Shown in pieces: positions 10,575-24,300 of a stretch of 64,000 bases of DNA (its first letter is position 1; the number at the start of each line of letters is the position of its first letter). The stretch is from the NCBI GenBank assembly GCA_001949185.1, contig BDGG01000004.1:3045267-3109266 (forward strand). The letters run 5' to 3'. The position numbers and the translations under genes were made by a program. The stretch is from Ramazzottius varieornatus (Eukaryota; Animalia; Tardigrada). A model generated the notes under the pieces. The model was not told where the DNA came from, ran no database searches, and saw only the letters and a list, made by a program, of their open reading frames with translations.

Positions 10575-13500
10575 TTACATGTCAAGTGAGAAACCGAGGT
10601 TTTTCCTCTGAAGAAAGAGATGAATTTCACGGAAGTTAGGACGGTCTTCGTCATGGCGCTGCCAACATTCGCGCATAAGATCGTAGATTTCTTTGGGGCA
10701 AATGGCAGGTTGGGGGAGTTCGTACATCTGCTTATCGCTGTGATAGCAGCGACTAGCATTCTCGATGACCTGCTCATCGCTGAAGTCGTCATAAGGCTGT
10801 TGTCGAGCGAAGGTTAGCATCTCCCACAATGTGACGGCGAAGGACCACACGTCTGATTTTGTGGTGAACTTTCCCTATAGAAATTAGCTGAATGAATACT
10901 TTTCGATGTATGTATGCTTAAGGATGAATCTTCTTCTTACCAGGAGAATGCTTTCCCAGGACATCCATCGGATAGGGAGGATGGCTTTGCCTTCTATCCG
11001 GTAGTAGTCCGAAGCATACAGGCGACGACTCATTCCGAAATCCGAAATCTTAATACTGAATTTCTCTCCCACGAGACAGTTGCGCGTAGCCAGGTCCCGA
11101 TGGACGTAGTTGAGGTTCTCCAAATACTGCATCCCAGAGGATATCTGGGTGGCCATGAAGATTAGCGTTCCGTAGCTACAAAAGACACCCATGAAGTCAA
11201 GTTTATCCAGTAGTGATAGCCTGAAATGCAGTCTTACTTTAGAGACTTTTGGTTCATGTGCTTGGACAACGGAGACTCGACGACGTGGTCTTTCATGAAC
11301 TGGTTGAGGTCTCCGCGTTCCATGTACTCCACGATCATGCATAGAGGGTCTTCTCTGGTGCATACACCCAGTACCTGTATCAAATTGGGATCTTCGAGCG
11401 TGCTGAGAATTTCAATCTCTTTTCGGAAGTCCAGTCTAAAAAAAAGCACGTTCAGACAAAAGTGTGGCGAGTGGCGACAATACTAGTACAGTCCGGTCGC
11501 TCGAAATCCGGTACCTGATTTTGCGATTTCAAAATAAAGAAATCATGCAAAATTAACGATACTGCGAGCCATACCAACACAGCCGGTCCACATGCGGGTT
11601 GATTACTTGATCACACCAGTAAAGCTACGGTGTAATTTATGTTTAACGTAATTTCGGCCTTGGCTTGTCGTACTGTACGGCGAATGTATAGCAGACTTCA
11701 AAACAAAATCGGAGAAATAGGTACCAGATTTCGATCGACCGGACTGTACGTATACGAACTGGGAATGCTTTCACCGTAATGAGCTAGCTTACTTTGTGTC
11801 ACAGGAAACATTGGGCCGCAGTAGCTTTACAGCGACCAGCTTTGTTTGTTTGAGGCCCGAGATGTTTTCTGCTGCGCAGAGGTGAACCTAAACACGCGAT
11901 TAGAAGACGTTAGAAGAAGATACAAATGTTTCGAAACCTTTTCGCAGTATAGTAAGGTCGCGGTGTACCTCGCCAAACTGTCCTTCCCCAATTTTCTCAA
12001 TGAATTTCAGGCTTTCGCGGGGTACTTCTGGGATCGGTCTTGACGTTGTGTTTCTACTCGAATGCGTTGAGGAGCAAGTTGAAGTGGGGAACCCAGTCTG
12101 GAAATTCAAACGAGGCGAACAAACATTGCGTGGCTTCATGTAAGGCGATCTGGAAGACATTTCGGGGACTGCGTATTCCCTTGAGCATAGCGTATCTACA
12201 GAAAACCCAAACTTTAGACTTGTGCTCCAAAAGTAGAAAAATACTTTGAGGATGTCCAGTACTTACTGTGATATTCTTTCGCCATGATGGTTTGCTGGCT
12301 GTTATAAAAGTTGTGCTTCAGCATGACTTCGTGTGGCTCGTGATAGATCGAATTCTTTTCCGGTTCTTCGGACAGGATCGATCCGTAGAGGTTTCCACCG
12401 TTGGACCTCAGGGTGTCTGCTTGCATATTCTTTAGGTCGAAGGGCAAGTTCTTTTCAAGGGAGAAAAAGTCCGAACTGAATTTGGAGTGGAAGTTGTGCT
12501 TTTTGTTTCGCAGCTTCTTCACAACGATCTGGTAGAGGAAATATATGGTTTACATGTGGCGTGTGATTGTGTTCAAAGGCTTTGGAAACGATCGTTGTGG
12601 AGGAAATGGGAGGAAGTCTTACCACAAGACAGAGTATTGCGAGGAAGATAAGGCCGCAACCCACGCCGACAATTAAGCCGAGATAATCGTCTGTGGTGGG
12701 CGGAAGGGAGAGATCGAGGGTTTTGTGGCCGTGAAGCTGCTGTGGATGGAGATTGCGTGTCTTGAGTGAAAAGCCGGTGGGATGGAAGATGTGGAAGAAC
12801 TGGCCATCCAGAGCAGAGTTTGGGGTCATCGACTTTGCCACTGGCAGTTCCGGGGGAGACTCTTCAGGCGTGAAATTGCCTTGTAACGGCTCTGTTGTGA
12901 AGAGAGAGACTTTTATGAAGTTTCATTTTAGAGTTATGGAGAAAGCAAACAAGGAAAGGGACATGCGTTCAGTTCTTACCCGAGTCAAAGGACACTTCGC
13001 TGATTAGCATCCATCGCGAGGCGAACGTCAGTATAACCTTGACATAGCGTCCAATACGATTGTCCAGCTTGACGGTTACGTTCCGGGCACTCTCCATTAC
13101 CGTATCCGGTGTATAGAAATACTGGACGGGCTCGCCCAGGTAATACTTCCCTCCGATACTGCGAAAACAAATTTCATACGTTTATAGCTTCTTCGCCAGA
13201 AATAACCACAAAGCGTTCGAAAATTGTGAATAAATATTTCGAATAATGTGGAAGTATTCGAAGGTTCTTCTGGAGAGATTCTCGGAGTCGTTAAGCACTT
13301 TGCACTGACCTGTAATAGATGGTGGCTGATGCGAACACCTGGACCTCTTTTGTAAACATGTTGTTACAGTGGATGTACAAAGCCGAAAATTTACGGACTT
13401 TGTCGAACTTGAAGGTCAGATCGATTTGACCTTGGTGCGATTCATTCTTCCAGCCGACCCAGTCATAACCTTTGTGGCCACCAACGGCTGCTTCTAATCG

Positions 13501-16500
13501 AAAATCATCCGGACCCGTTCGGCCATCTGTCAGTTGCCCCAGCCCCAAATAGAGGTGATTCTGCTCGATCAGACCATCGTAGGTCCAATCGTACAACTGA
13601 ACATCCGGTCCGCGGGCTTCGCCTTGTGGCATCGAGTACCAGGACAGGCCTTCCGTCCACGGACAGCCGTGAACTTCCACCCGCATGCAGATCGTACGGG
13701 CGTAAACGCTTTGTGGGATGAAGCGGATCTTCTGAGCGATGATAGGCGGATCCAGCTTTTGCTCGTTGCGAACGTAGGTGTTGGTGTTTCCTTGCAGTAA
13801 CTTGTTCCGTTTTCGGGTCTGGTAGGCGATCCATTCTCCAGCGGTCTCTCGTTGGTATTCGAGCATGAAGAACTCGGCGTATTCTTGGCCTTGCCCATTT
13901 CCGAATCGTCCCTGGGTCTCGACAGCGCTGATCACGTGTAGGGACAACAGGTCCACCTCCAGATACTCGTAGACGTCCTTCTTGATCTGCTGACGGGGAC
14001 ACCAGGCTCCTCCTCCATCTTCGTGGCCAAGACTGTGAATAACAAACTTATTAGCTGATGTCCATTCGATGATGCAACAGCTCGATTGAACCAGAAAAGT
14101 CTGAATTTGATTATCTACGTTTTTGTCCAGGAAGTCAAGAATCAATTCAATATTTTCGTATTGCCTGTGGCTCATTTCCTGTGGGAAATTAGTTCGTCCG
14201 CTATATGATGGTCTATCCGTTTTTAAATAGTGGTGGAATGGACTTTTGACAGAAGTTTTGTGACGATGGCTTTGGTGGTCCTACTGCGCTATTGAAAAGC
14301 TGGTTTACAGCAACGCACCATAGGGAAACTCCTGCTAATCTTTTTTTTCTGTGCTTCAGAGGGGATCGATGTCATCCGGGCCGAAAACTGTTCTAGAGTA
14401 TATCGGAGTCTAATGCCGACACCGGATCCGCATCCGATCTTTAATGACTGAATTTTAAAGTGCGAAAAGTGACACAAGTTAAGTTTAATGAATGATGCGT
14501 TTCAAACGGCTTTGCCATGGCGTGTCAAAATACTGCGCTCGTTTTCCCTTTTTCCCTGATCGTTTGTTGCGCTACAGTCTCTCATTACTTCATCAAAGGC
14601 TGGGTCATGCCAAATGGATCGAGGAGGCTTACCGCGCATTTTGAGGTCCAACACTGGGGCTGTCGTAGGAAGAACTCGCTCGGATTTGTTCATCAGATAT
14701 ACGCTCGCTTTCCATTCCCAATGCTCCCACACATTGTTCTGTAAAACAAAACAAAATAGAATCCACAATTCTCAAGTGTTTCTTCACTAGCTTTCTGCCG
14801 CCAAAACAGTGGCGCACGTTCCCACTGTTGCTCGCGGGACGCGTGCACCACTCTGGATGGTGATCTTGTACGTTTTGTTTGCCCAGCTCTTATATGTTGG
14901 CTGTTGGGTATTTGACCCTGTGGTACTGTGACGTTACAGCGTAATTTTAGGCCCACGCGACTGCGGGATGGAATTTTGGTCTCTCAGGAACACTGCTTTA
15001 CAGGGATGACTTTTCTATTAACTTACGGTACTGTCTGGTATTTCAGAAACATGGAAAGCCATTTACAGGATCAAATGGCCTGGGCCGAGTCATTTCGCGG
15101 CATTTCTCGTTAAAGACCCGCCATCACGCGAGGACCGTCTCGAGAAATGTCGGTAATTGCCTCAACCCAGATACAACTCGACAGGCTGTCAAAATGTCCG
15201 CATTTTTGGCGGTGATGGTGGTTTTGCATGCTGCATCTCGGGTATCGTGAAACTCTTGATGGGTGTATAATGAATCATCCGCTTTCAAAGATGTGAGAGA
15301 TCCTTTTGAGCGAAGGGAGATATCTTTTGAGGGACACGATCTCGCTCTCAATATTTCAACGTAGAAAGAAGTAATGGCGTTGGGACATGAAACATTCTTG
15401 ACTATCGGTGTGAGGATCGCCTTGCATCGTTCAACACTTCAGCGAGCTTTGCCTCCAAAGAAGTTCCGTGCATTGTGTCAAGTTATCGAGCTGAGTCCTG
15501 TAGGAGCTCTCTCTGTGTCCCTAGGACGCGCCGGCTCATCCGAGCGTCTCTATGCGGAAATCAAAAGATCCAGGACTGCGGCGGTCGATGTCGATCTGAC
15601 CTAATTACGAAGAATTATTGATCCGGTGTGGATTTCCGATTGAAATAAAAATTCTAGCTTGGCTAACCATACAAGGGAAACTTCTAGTCGCTTTTATGCC
15701 AATCAACAGTGAGATTCATTATGTGCTCGGTGGAAAAAGGGTGTAATCGGTTTTGAGTAATATTTCAAGCGAATGTTTTGATGGTAACTGTCTCTTAGTT
15801 TGAAAAAAATTATTTGGCAGTGGGAAATAACATTTAAGATTTTTTAAAGATCATTTGAAAGATGATGAATGCTGGTGTTATTATGCAAAGAGGTTGATCT
15901 CGTGAGACACAAGTGGAAAACACGGGCATGAAATATAATTCCGAAGATGTGCTTCTTTAACCTTGCATCGTCGCGTCTCATATATCGCAAGAGTCGTAAT
16001 CCTTGTTGCCTTTTGATCCTTTGCAGTTTGACTATATTGAAAGAGACATCTGCGGCCCAAAACAAGTTAAATGCCTACATCAAGCAAGGCTGCACGCAGG
16101 AGATGTCGAGATGAAAACAAATCTGAGGTGGTCCACGTCCTCAGCATAATCTGTCATATCAGCGTCATGCCGGCTGTCGCAAATATTCAATTACGTATAG
16201 AAAATTTTTAGACTCATCAAGTGAGCCTCACGTCAAGTTTGACCAGCGACACCGCTTAAAGTTTTGTGATAGTCCTCCCACTATTTCCTCGAATTTCTAT
16301 AGTGCTAGTACATTTGTTAATTATTACTCCGTACGATTATTGATGTTATTGCTTTGGCAAAGCTTTCGTAGTTGATGAATGCTGTGGTCATCTGTTGTGG
16401 GCACGTCGCCACGATGACACGTCGCAATGAAGAGGCGCCACGCGCAATAAAGTGATGCTCTTTCAGAGCAGGAGAGTTTTGGGGTGTCAAGTGTTGTGAG

Positions 16501-17474
16501 GAGAGATGCCTACTCTAAAATTTGACAAGTAACAAACAGGCGTCTGTTGTTTCGACACAAGTGCGTACGCGCGTGGTTGAGTACAAATGGAAATGCAGCA
16601 AGTGGTCTTGAGTCCTTCTAGCCATCTGCTTCCGCTTCCCTTCCCATCACCCCAAAAAAACCTCCCTCACAGAAATTCTATGCATTGTTTTCCCCACCGG
16701 AACTGATAGAGACTCGGGGTATCCGAATTCAGAGAGGTCGAGCAAGGGAATAACCTACTGTCCAAGTGCATGCATACACTCGGCTATACAGTTAATACGG
16801 GGCCCCGTATGCAGCTACGCGCAAACGAGGGTTTCCCAGGCGGTCTACGCCCATCCTGATGGACGTTTGGTGGCCGCAGATTGTTGACGCTGTTCTGGCG
16901 CAAAGGAGCCTGATGACTCGTGATGAAGCAAATAATTTAATTTTCTGGTGATGTTTACACCCTGCATTATCTGGCTGGGGACAGGACCCTCTGTAGATGA
17001 TAATGAAGAGGATGTGTGGTGAGTACAAGTGGCAGAAGTGCAATATACGCTCCAGACCAGGCAAGCAAATCACATCATGTTTTGCCATTGTCCCAGCTTG
17101 ATAAGCTCTGAACAGCATCCTGATGTTGGCGGAGACATATCAGGAAATTGAGTTAACTCACATTCGCTTCGTTGCATAAGTCGTCAGAGTAATTGTTAAT
17201 TAAATCCGTCACCGTATCTATCATTTCCCTGCTATAGAAGTCAAATTCAATCTGTAGCGCGAATATTGGCCGGGTAAATATCAAAGCTCAACACTTGCAT
17301 CATAGCATGCTGTGTACTGGCTATCTCTTCTCCCACATACAGAGCAAGTTTGACAGTAAGATTTCCCTTCAACAACTTACCGAGATTCAAAGCTGCTGTT
17401 CGCTGCAGATGAACTCCGAAAATAATGATGGCGAAGGTGTAAACATCCAGGAATATTCGGCTTGACCGCTCCAT
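10575..17474 (-). CDS. DDR: Discoidin domain receptor tyrosine kinase (multi-exon)
   Basis: Signal-peptide exon MERSSRIF...ALNL; [22 protein letters not shown]; discoidin GGAWCP...[16 protein letters not shown]...[10 protein letters not shown]; DS-like domain; [21 protein letters not shown]; kinase [63 protein letters not shown]. Confidence 0.95.
11489..11746. mobile_element. 258-bp Tc1/mariner-type MITE with TA target-site duplication, in a DDR intron
   Basis: TIRs CAGTCCGGTCGCTCGAAATCCGGTACCT / AGGTACCAGATTTCGATCGACCGGACTG (2 mismatches in 28), flanked by TA at 11487-11488 and 11747-11748. Confidence 0.88.
14808..14890. mobile_element. Family-A foldback element (left arm degenerate), in DDR intron
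   Basis: AGTGGCGCAC...GTGCACCACT...TGATCTTGTACGTTTTGTTTGCCCAGCTCT matches the family right arm. Confidence 0.75.
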
Positions 17475-18220
17475 CTTTAGGCGTGGCTCCTTACTTCCTT
17501 GTCATCTGCAACCAAGAAAGAAAAACCTCTAAAGCTTGGTTTGACAGAGTTGTTTCGATAAGACTGAATAAACGTGGGTTGTGAAGGTACATTCCGATGC
17601 AGAAGATAGCAGAAAGCTTTTTTCTCATACACACCGGTAAAAGCAGCGGAAGTGTGATAGCTCTCTAAATGGCCAAATAGCGTGATATCTTGGATGAAGA
17701 GGCCCACACGACTCACCCGCTGATGATCTATCGAAAATCACGCAATAATTCATGACGAACGTCGGACGTTCTAAACTTTAGAATGCTTGAGCTTGGTAGC
17801 AACTGGAATGGCCGGTTCGGCACGCGAGCAGATATAAGCTACTGATACAGTCAAAGGCTAGCCATTCCTTCTTCATCAACATCCCCTCGTTCATCTTTCT
17901 TACTCAGCAGTACTAGTATAGCGCTTCACAAATTATTATGATCGACTGTAACCAGCGACAAGCTGCTGTTGTGATAGTGTCCGGATGCTTATGATACTTT
18001 TTTATATCAATTCTGGGGCTTTCGTAACTCTGCCACCTTAGACTGGCAGTAACAACAGGTTTTGGCTCTCGGATCTCTCTGTTGTGTGCGGAACTCTTCA
18101 AATAGGGTCCACGCGTCTTTATGGCCGTTATTATATGACCGTCGTAAACACTATCACTATATTATTTTAACACCACCATTGAGGCCAGCAGGAATGAACA
18201 CATTTTAGAACGAGGAGAAA

Positions 18221-18344
18221 CGGGATGTCGGCAAATGGATTGAAGATGGTTGGTATCTGAAGTGGCGCACACTTTCAGCCAAAAAAACAGAAACGTGCGC
18301 CACTTGGGATAACGATTGTATTCAATCCACTTGCCGACTTCCCG
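18221..18344. mobile_element. Family-A foldback element (124 bp)
   Basis: CGGGATGTCGGCAAATGGATTGAA...AAGTGGCGCAC-loop-GTGCGCCACTT...TTCAATCCACTTGCCGACTTCCCG. Confidence 0.8.
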
Positions 18345-21300
18345 AACAGCGAACCCAATTTCCGCCTGGCTAATACATTGATTTTCAGAAACGGCTTGCA
18401 TGGAGGTCTTCGATGGAACAAAGCTATTTATAGCGTTTTTGTAAATACAACGATCTTTGACTTACGGTGAAGCATCTGACCTTGCTGATCACACCAAACC
18501 AAAGCCTTTGACCAAGCAGTAAATAGCTACACACAATGGCATGGTGTGGTCAGTGATGGGCGGAAGGGGATCTGTGGTCGTTCTGGTGCACCATTAACGG
18601 AACTGGGATTGACTGGACATAGTTTATTAATTCCGTTGCATGAAAGCAAGGATCCATAGTCGAGGGACACGAGCGCGTCAGATTGGAGCGGATTATAACC
18701 GGCTAGTGGGTTATTATGTTACTGACTTTCCCGCAGATTATCTAACACCATCCTCTCTCTCATCAACCTACATCGCGCCGGATAGACTTCTTCCCCCTCC
18801 AAGTCCAATGGCAGAAGAACAGCAGGACATCTCTGGCAATATCGCCGCCAACTTGGCGATAACCACAAATCTATCCCGCATTTTCCCATGACTCTTCAAC
18901 TCGATATGGCATGGTAGTGGTCATAAGCCAGCAGTGACCAGAGGCTATCCAGTTTCACCGCGCTCTCTTGTGTTGGATCATCAAATACCATCGTACACGT
19001 CGTTAAAGTGTTGTTAAGCTTGTTCCTGTGGACCTATGGCGAAATATTATGCCTCTTTCTTCCAAACTGTAGAGTCTAAACAGCCTGACAAATATTGCAC
19101 TCAAATACGGCCCCTTGCAATAGAAATGACTGATGCGGCTTGTATGGAGAACCGCATTGGCACGTGGGTTTCTAGATCAAACGCCCATTATTTGCGAGGC
19201 TTGACTTTCTGCTACTTTACAACTTCCAGTGAACTTTCTTATTGGCTTCGGTCTGATTGTTGGTCTTCCTATCAATCTGTTTACCAAAGCATAACGACTA
19301 GGAAGCGAAACTACTTGCAGACATTGAGCCTGCGGGTAAACTATATCGACGCCGCGCGTTTCCCATGCATGTTTCTCAAAGGCTGGTGAAAAGCTTACAG
19401 CAGAACCGGATACACCACACGGTATGTCCGAAAAGACTGAAGGGTTGTTCTAGCTTGGCTGAAGTGAGGAAATTCATTTGGTATAGAATTTTGCATGACT
19501 ATAGAGCGGCATTGTGTCGCGATGTCCCATTGCTCCATATAGTGAATTCTCCCGCATAATATAGTGCGCCGGATGAAGCCAAGGGATAACAGGGAGCGAT
19601 CTCATGGATATCGGACATGAGCATGTGGGTGTTATGTGGCCTGTGTACATCGGAACGCGAGTTGCATACCATCCCTCATCGGCACTCGGACAAATGAAGA
19701 CATTCAGCGGAAACATTTTGCAATCATTAACATGAATTATGGCTAGCTTTAAAGGGCTCCATCAACATCAGGCGCGCACGTCCCCACTGACCATTATCCG
19801 TCGTGCGCCATCGCTGCTTGTTTTTCCTGGTCACCCACAGAAACAAAGGGGGTCTTCACATATTTTGCATAGCGACCCTAATCTACCAGATATGCACAAC
19901 AGATTTAGGCGATAATCCAGTTGCGCGTGATGGGGATATTCAGATGCGAGTGGAAAGAGAGCAGAACGCGCCGATTGCAGATTACACAAATGAAACTTGA
20001 TATTCATAATTTTGTCTCACATCTTGCATCGACAACAGGCTTGATTATGTATCATAAGCTGCATGATGAGCTCGTTGAGACAATAACAGTAACAGTATCG
20101 TCATAGCTGGAAGGAAATGACTTTGTTGGTTCTGAAGCTCTCCAAGGTCGACCCTGCGCCATGCGGGCAGTGCCAGCTAGGACCGTTGCGCCCTCTATAT
20201 CGAAGAAAAAAAGCGAAAAAATCAGCCTTAATTCTCCGTTGAGTTCGGCGTCGGTCGGAGTCAGCTTTGGATGCTGTATTATGCTTGACTTAAATAATCC
20301 GGTGTATTTATTTTCGAAGGCTTGACGGTGGGAATACGACGACGATGAGCGCTTAGAGAAGAAGGGATTTTCCGGTTCAGCTAGAAGAATGCTCTTGTCT
20401 TTCGCGTCACCGATTAGAGTAAAGAAAATAAGGCGATTATGCACAGATTTTGCGTAGCTATGAATTATGGTGTGGATGAGAGAGAGGAAAGAAAAGTGCT
20501 GTGCCTGTGGAACATCTCATTAGCGGCATCATTATTGCTCTTCGCAAAAAGCTCACTCGAAATAATATTACGCTGCGGTCAGCAGTGCAGATTGTCTGGC
20601 CGATCCTCGACGATGGACACAAGGCATGCTTAATGGCAGTCAATGGCTGAAATTACATGGACGCTCTGCCAGCGGCTACTGCGCCTTGACAGTCGAGGAG
20701 AGAAGTGAAGCAGACAAAATTTCTTATCTAACGATCCTGCAGCAGGAAAGATCCCACAGAACATTTCCTGTCCTGATTTGGACGTGATGCGAAAGGCCGG
20801 GATTGATTTTAAAGCGAACACTCTGTATGTTGGTCTTTCACACTGGTCCGCTCTGTTTAACTGGAAGAAACACTGGAACATGTGGAGGTTCAATTATCAG
20901 GAAGAACCCAACAGACAAAGATAACGCCGAAAAAAGCCTGCACATACGGCGAAGAAGTACGCACTTGATCTCCATCAAAAGGGAATGTAAACTTGCCATG
21001 CTTCTCTTGTGTTATCTAGATCCCTGGAAAATCTGGACTGAGGCACAGTGATCCCGTATAGAACTAACAAAAAGCCGGCAATAATGCTGAACGGCCAAGT
21101 GTTAATCTAGCGTGAGAACGGCCCAGCCTAGCCAACATTGCAGGTTCGTTGAGCGCCAAGAGCTCGCACGTTCACATGCAAAGTATGCAACTTACCCAGA
21201 GAGCCCGGAATTATTGATGAGTGCACTCGCCGAGTAATCCTGAGCTCTGTTGTCACTCCCGTGGTCGATCAGGAAATTAATGGCGCATCGATGTATGCAG

Positions 21301-24300
21301 GTAGAGCAAGCAGGTGACGTAACGGAGCCCGACCGGAAGAGCCAGGCACAACAGCTGCCGTATTGGGCTAATTCCGTCCTTATCGTTGCAGGAACAGCTG
21401 GTGGAAAAAACGAGGGAAATCGTTGATGGATGGAAGGAATGGAATGAGGGGAAAATACTAGAGTGGGTTAAAGGAAGAGCGGGTTGGGAATAAGGAATGG
21501 GATGCTGGTATGAGACAAGCGTGCTTGAGAGGTCCTCCAGAGACTTGCACTCGCCGACGTCCACTAATCTTCTTTCAGCCGCGCAAGGCAACCATCAACT
21601 CGTCCATCAAACTTGCACGTACTAACAACTACCGGCAAGAATGCAGCTACTACAAGAATCGACTGAAACATCGGTTGGAAATGTGGGGGAAAAGAAGAAA
21701 GACGATCGTGGGAGGCTTAATATGAGTGCGGAGCGGACACATCGATTATTAAGCCAACGTCTTTCTGGTTGGACGAATAGTTGAAGCTCCACCTCTCTCC
21801 GTTATCCAACGTTAAACAAATCGAGCAACACCAACAAGGTAGAGCTAACGGTAAGTGCGAACTAAACAGCAAGGTATAGTAGATGCACGGAGATAAAAAC
21901 TTCTCTGGATGAAAAATTGTTTTCGCGAAAAGGCATTTTCTATTGGAGAACTTGGGAACCTATGCGACACTTGGACCTCTGGCAAAAGTTTTGGGCGTTT
22001 CTCTGTGGGGGCATGACGGATGGAAGTCCGCCAATTACTTCCGGTTTCTCTTCCTTATCGCGCTCCACATTTCGTACTTTGGCAGCTCTTCAAAATAGGA
22101 CACGAATCATCAGGCTTTCGCAAGTACGTTTGAGATAGTATACGTACTGTGAAGAACGTACGTCCGATATGTTTTCTGAACGTGGTGGTCAAGTTAGGGC
22201 TAAACATGCCGGGCTTTCCTTGTTAAAATACTGATAGCTTTTGGAATCTTTGGAATCTCATCGCTTGAGAGATTAACCAGTTCACATCGATCAGAGATTT
22301 GTTCGTGTAGCTTGGCTCCCTAAAAGGAGCTAAAGGGGAATCCCTGCAAAGTATAACAGGTCTCCTCTTTGGGATGGTGAAATGATGCGCGAGCGCTGAC
22401 GATATTGGTTTGCTTGCACTCCTTCACAGAAGACCAGCCAAGCAGTGGGTGCTAAGGGCGATACTCCGTGGCCATCTCTATGCATGACACCAGCGGCCAC
22501 TCCTATTCATCCTTGTACCGACAACAAAATCATCAATTTTAAAGTCACTTTAGAGGCTACCGACTGCCAATCAAGAGCCCATGCTGGCGAAACGAACAAT
22601 TAATGGGTCTCAAAAGAAAATCAAGCTAGCATGCGTCTCAAATCAATGGTCCTTCCATCCATTCCGTTCCCTGCATAGCAGCTGCATGCACACCCAAATT
22701 GGCCGCAGTTTCCCTGTCACACAAAGTTCCCTCAACGAACGTCGAGTCGTTCCTTCCCTTCTTCCTTCTTCCTTCCTCATTCCTCCTTCCCCACCCGAAA
22801 GCTCCAGCACTTGTCTCCATCATCCGACATGCTTTCATTACACAAAACGTCCAAGCTCTCGTCCCAACTGGGACTTCCCTCATCGTCCTAATTAAAAGAG
22901 TGTTGGCGACGAATGAATACCGTATATTAGCATCTGTAGGCTCTGATTGAGGAGCAGTGTTTGCTCTTATCAGGTCGTATCCGTATGAACTTCTTGTGTT
23001 TCCCCCCTTAACTGACCTCTTCTGTTTGCAGAGCTCGTTAAGAAGCACATCATCTTCGCACTGCTGCATCGTCAACCTCCTTTTATTGCTGGTCAAATGA
23101 GGTTACATTACGGCTGGGCAGAAAGCTTGGAGCGAAATCCTTGCGATGGATAGTTCGACAAAATGGAAAACTGGCTTCATTTTATAGGCGAAAGTCGCTT
23201 GATTACACACTATATAACGGGTCTTCCACATGTCACATTAAACAACCCTTGCACCGGGGAAAAATTGTGATACGCTGTAAAGGTCCTTTATAGGTCTTCG
23301 CAATATTGATGTGTGGCTTTCGGGGTGCCATAAAATTATCAATTCCTATTTTGATATGATGACGGCGCGGCAACACATCGTAATTATGGTTTATATGAAA
23401 GGCAGAGCTCCATTGCCTTCCATTTGAGCTTGTCGATAAGAATAAAGCGTTAAGTCTGATTTGACTGCTCTCTTATCGCTGTAACAATAATTGAAGAATT
23501 AGCCAAAGTCCATCCAAGCCGCGGCATTCCCCGAGGATTTGGCGGCCAAAAGAATTATGTTAAGCAGATCGTCCATCACGTGGCCTTGCCATTATGCCGC
23601 ATACATTCATAGAACTATCAACTGATTAATGCATAATATTTCTGTGGTACATATAATCAACCAAGCCACAAAATGCTCTTTCACTCCCAACATGGCATGA
23701 TCTAATCAGGCTTTTGTTTTTGTTCCAGTCCATGTCGCAACCACATGAGCGCATTTCCTTCGGACAATGGTCAGGGGGAAAGTCCATATAAAGAGCCGCG
23801 TAACGGGGGAACCAGAAGAATGTTCTTGGCTCAGAGTATGAAAAGAAGAAAGAAATATAATGGCAGATGGGGTCTCGCCGGACAGCGCTTTGCGCCTGTA
23901 CTTCCTCCTCGTCTCTTTGGATAATTAGACATCAGAAATGCCGCCATTATGATGGCGGCTCTTGTCCACGCGCATAACGATATGTCGATGGTGGGTGTAG
24001 TTCTTGTGTGTAGTGGCCTTTGAAGCGTGAAATAATTAAGAACATTCTCCATCTTTTGCAGGATCCGGTTTCCGACCGAACATGCCTGTCTTGTGGCCAT
24101 CGAGCGCCCCTTCCTTCTTCTTTTCAACTTTTGATTTTGATGTATGATGCCTTGAGAAAAGAGTTGGGCCACCGAAGACGCTGCCTGCGAGCGAGGCGGG
24201 TTGCCTGTCAAATCTATCGCTACATTGCCGGTCACTTCGCCCTGACATTATGCTGGCAATGTACCGGAAAAGACGGGAATCTTTCTCGTGAAATTTGTGC

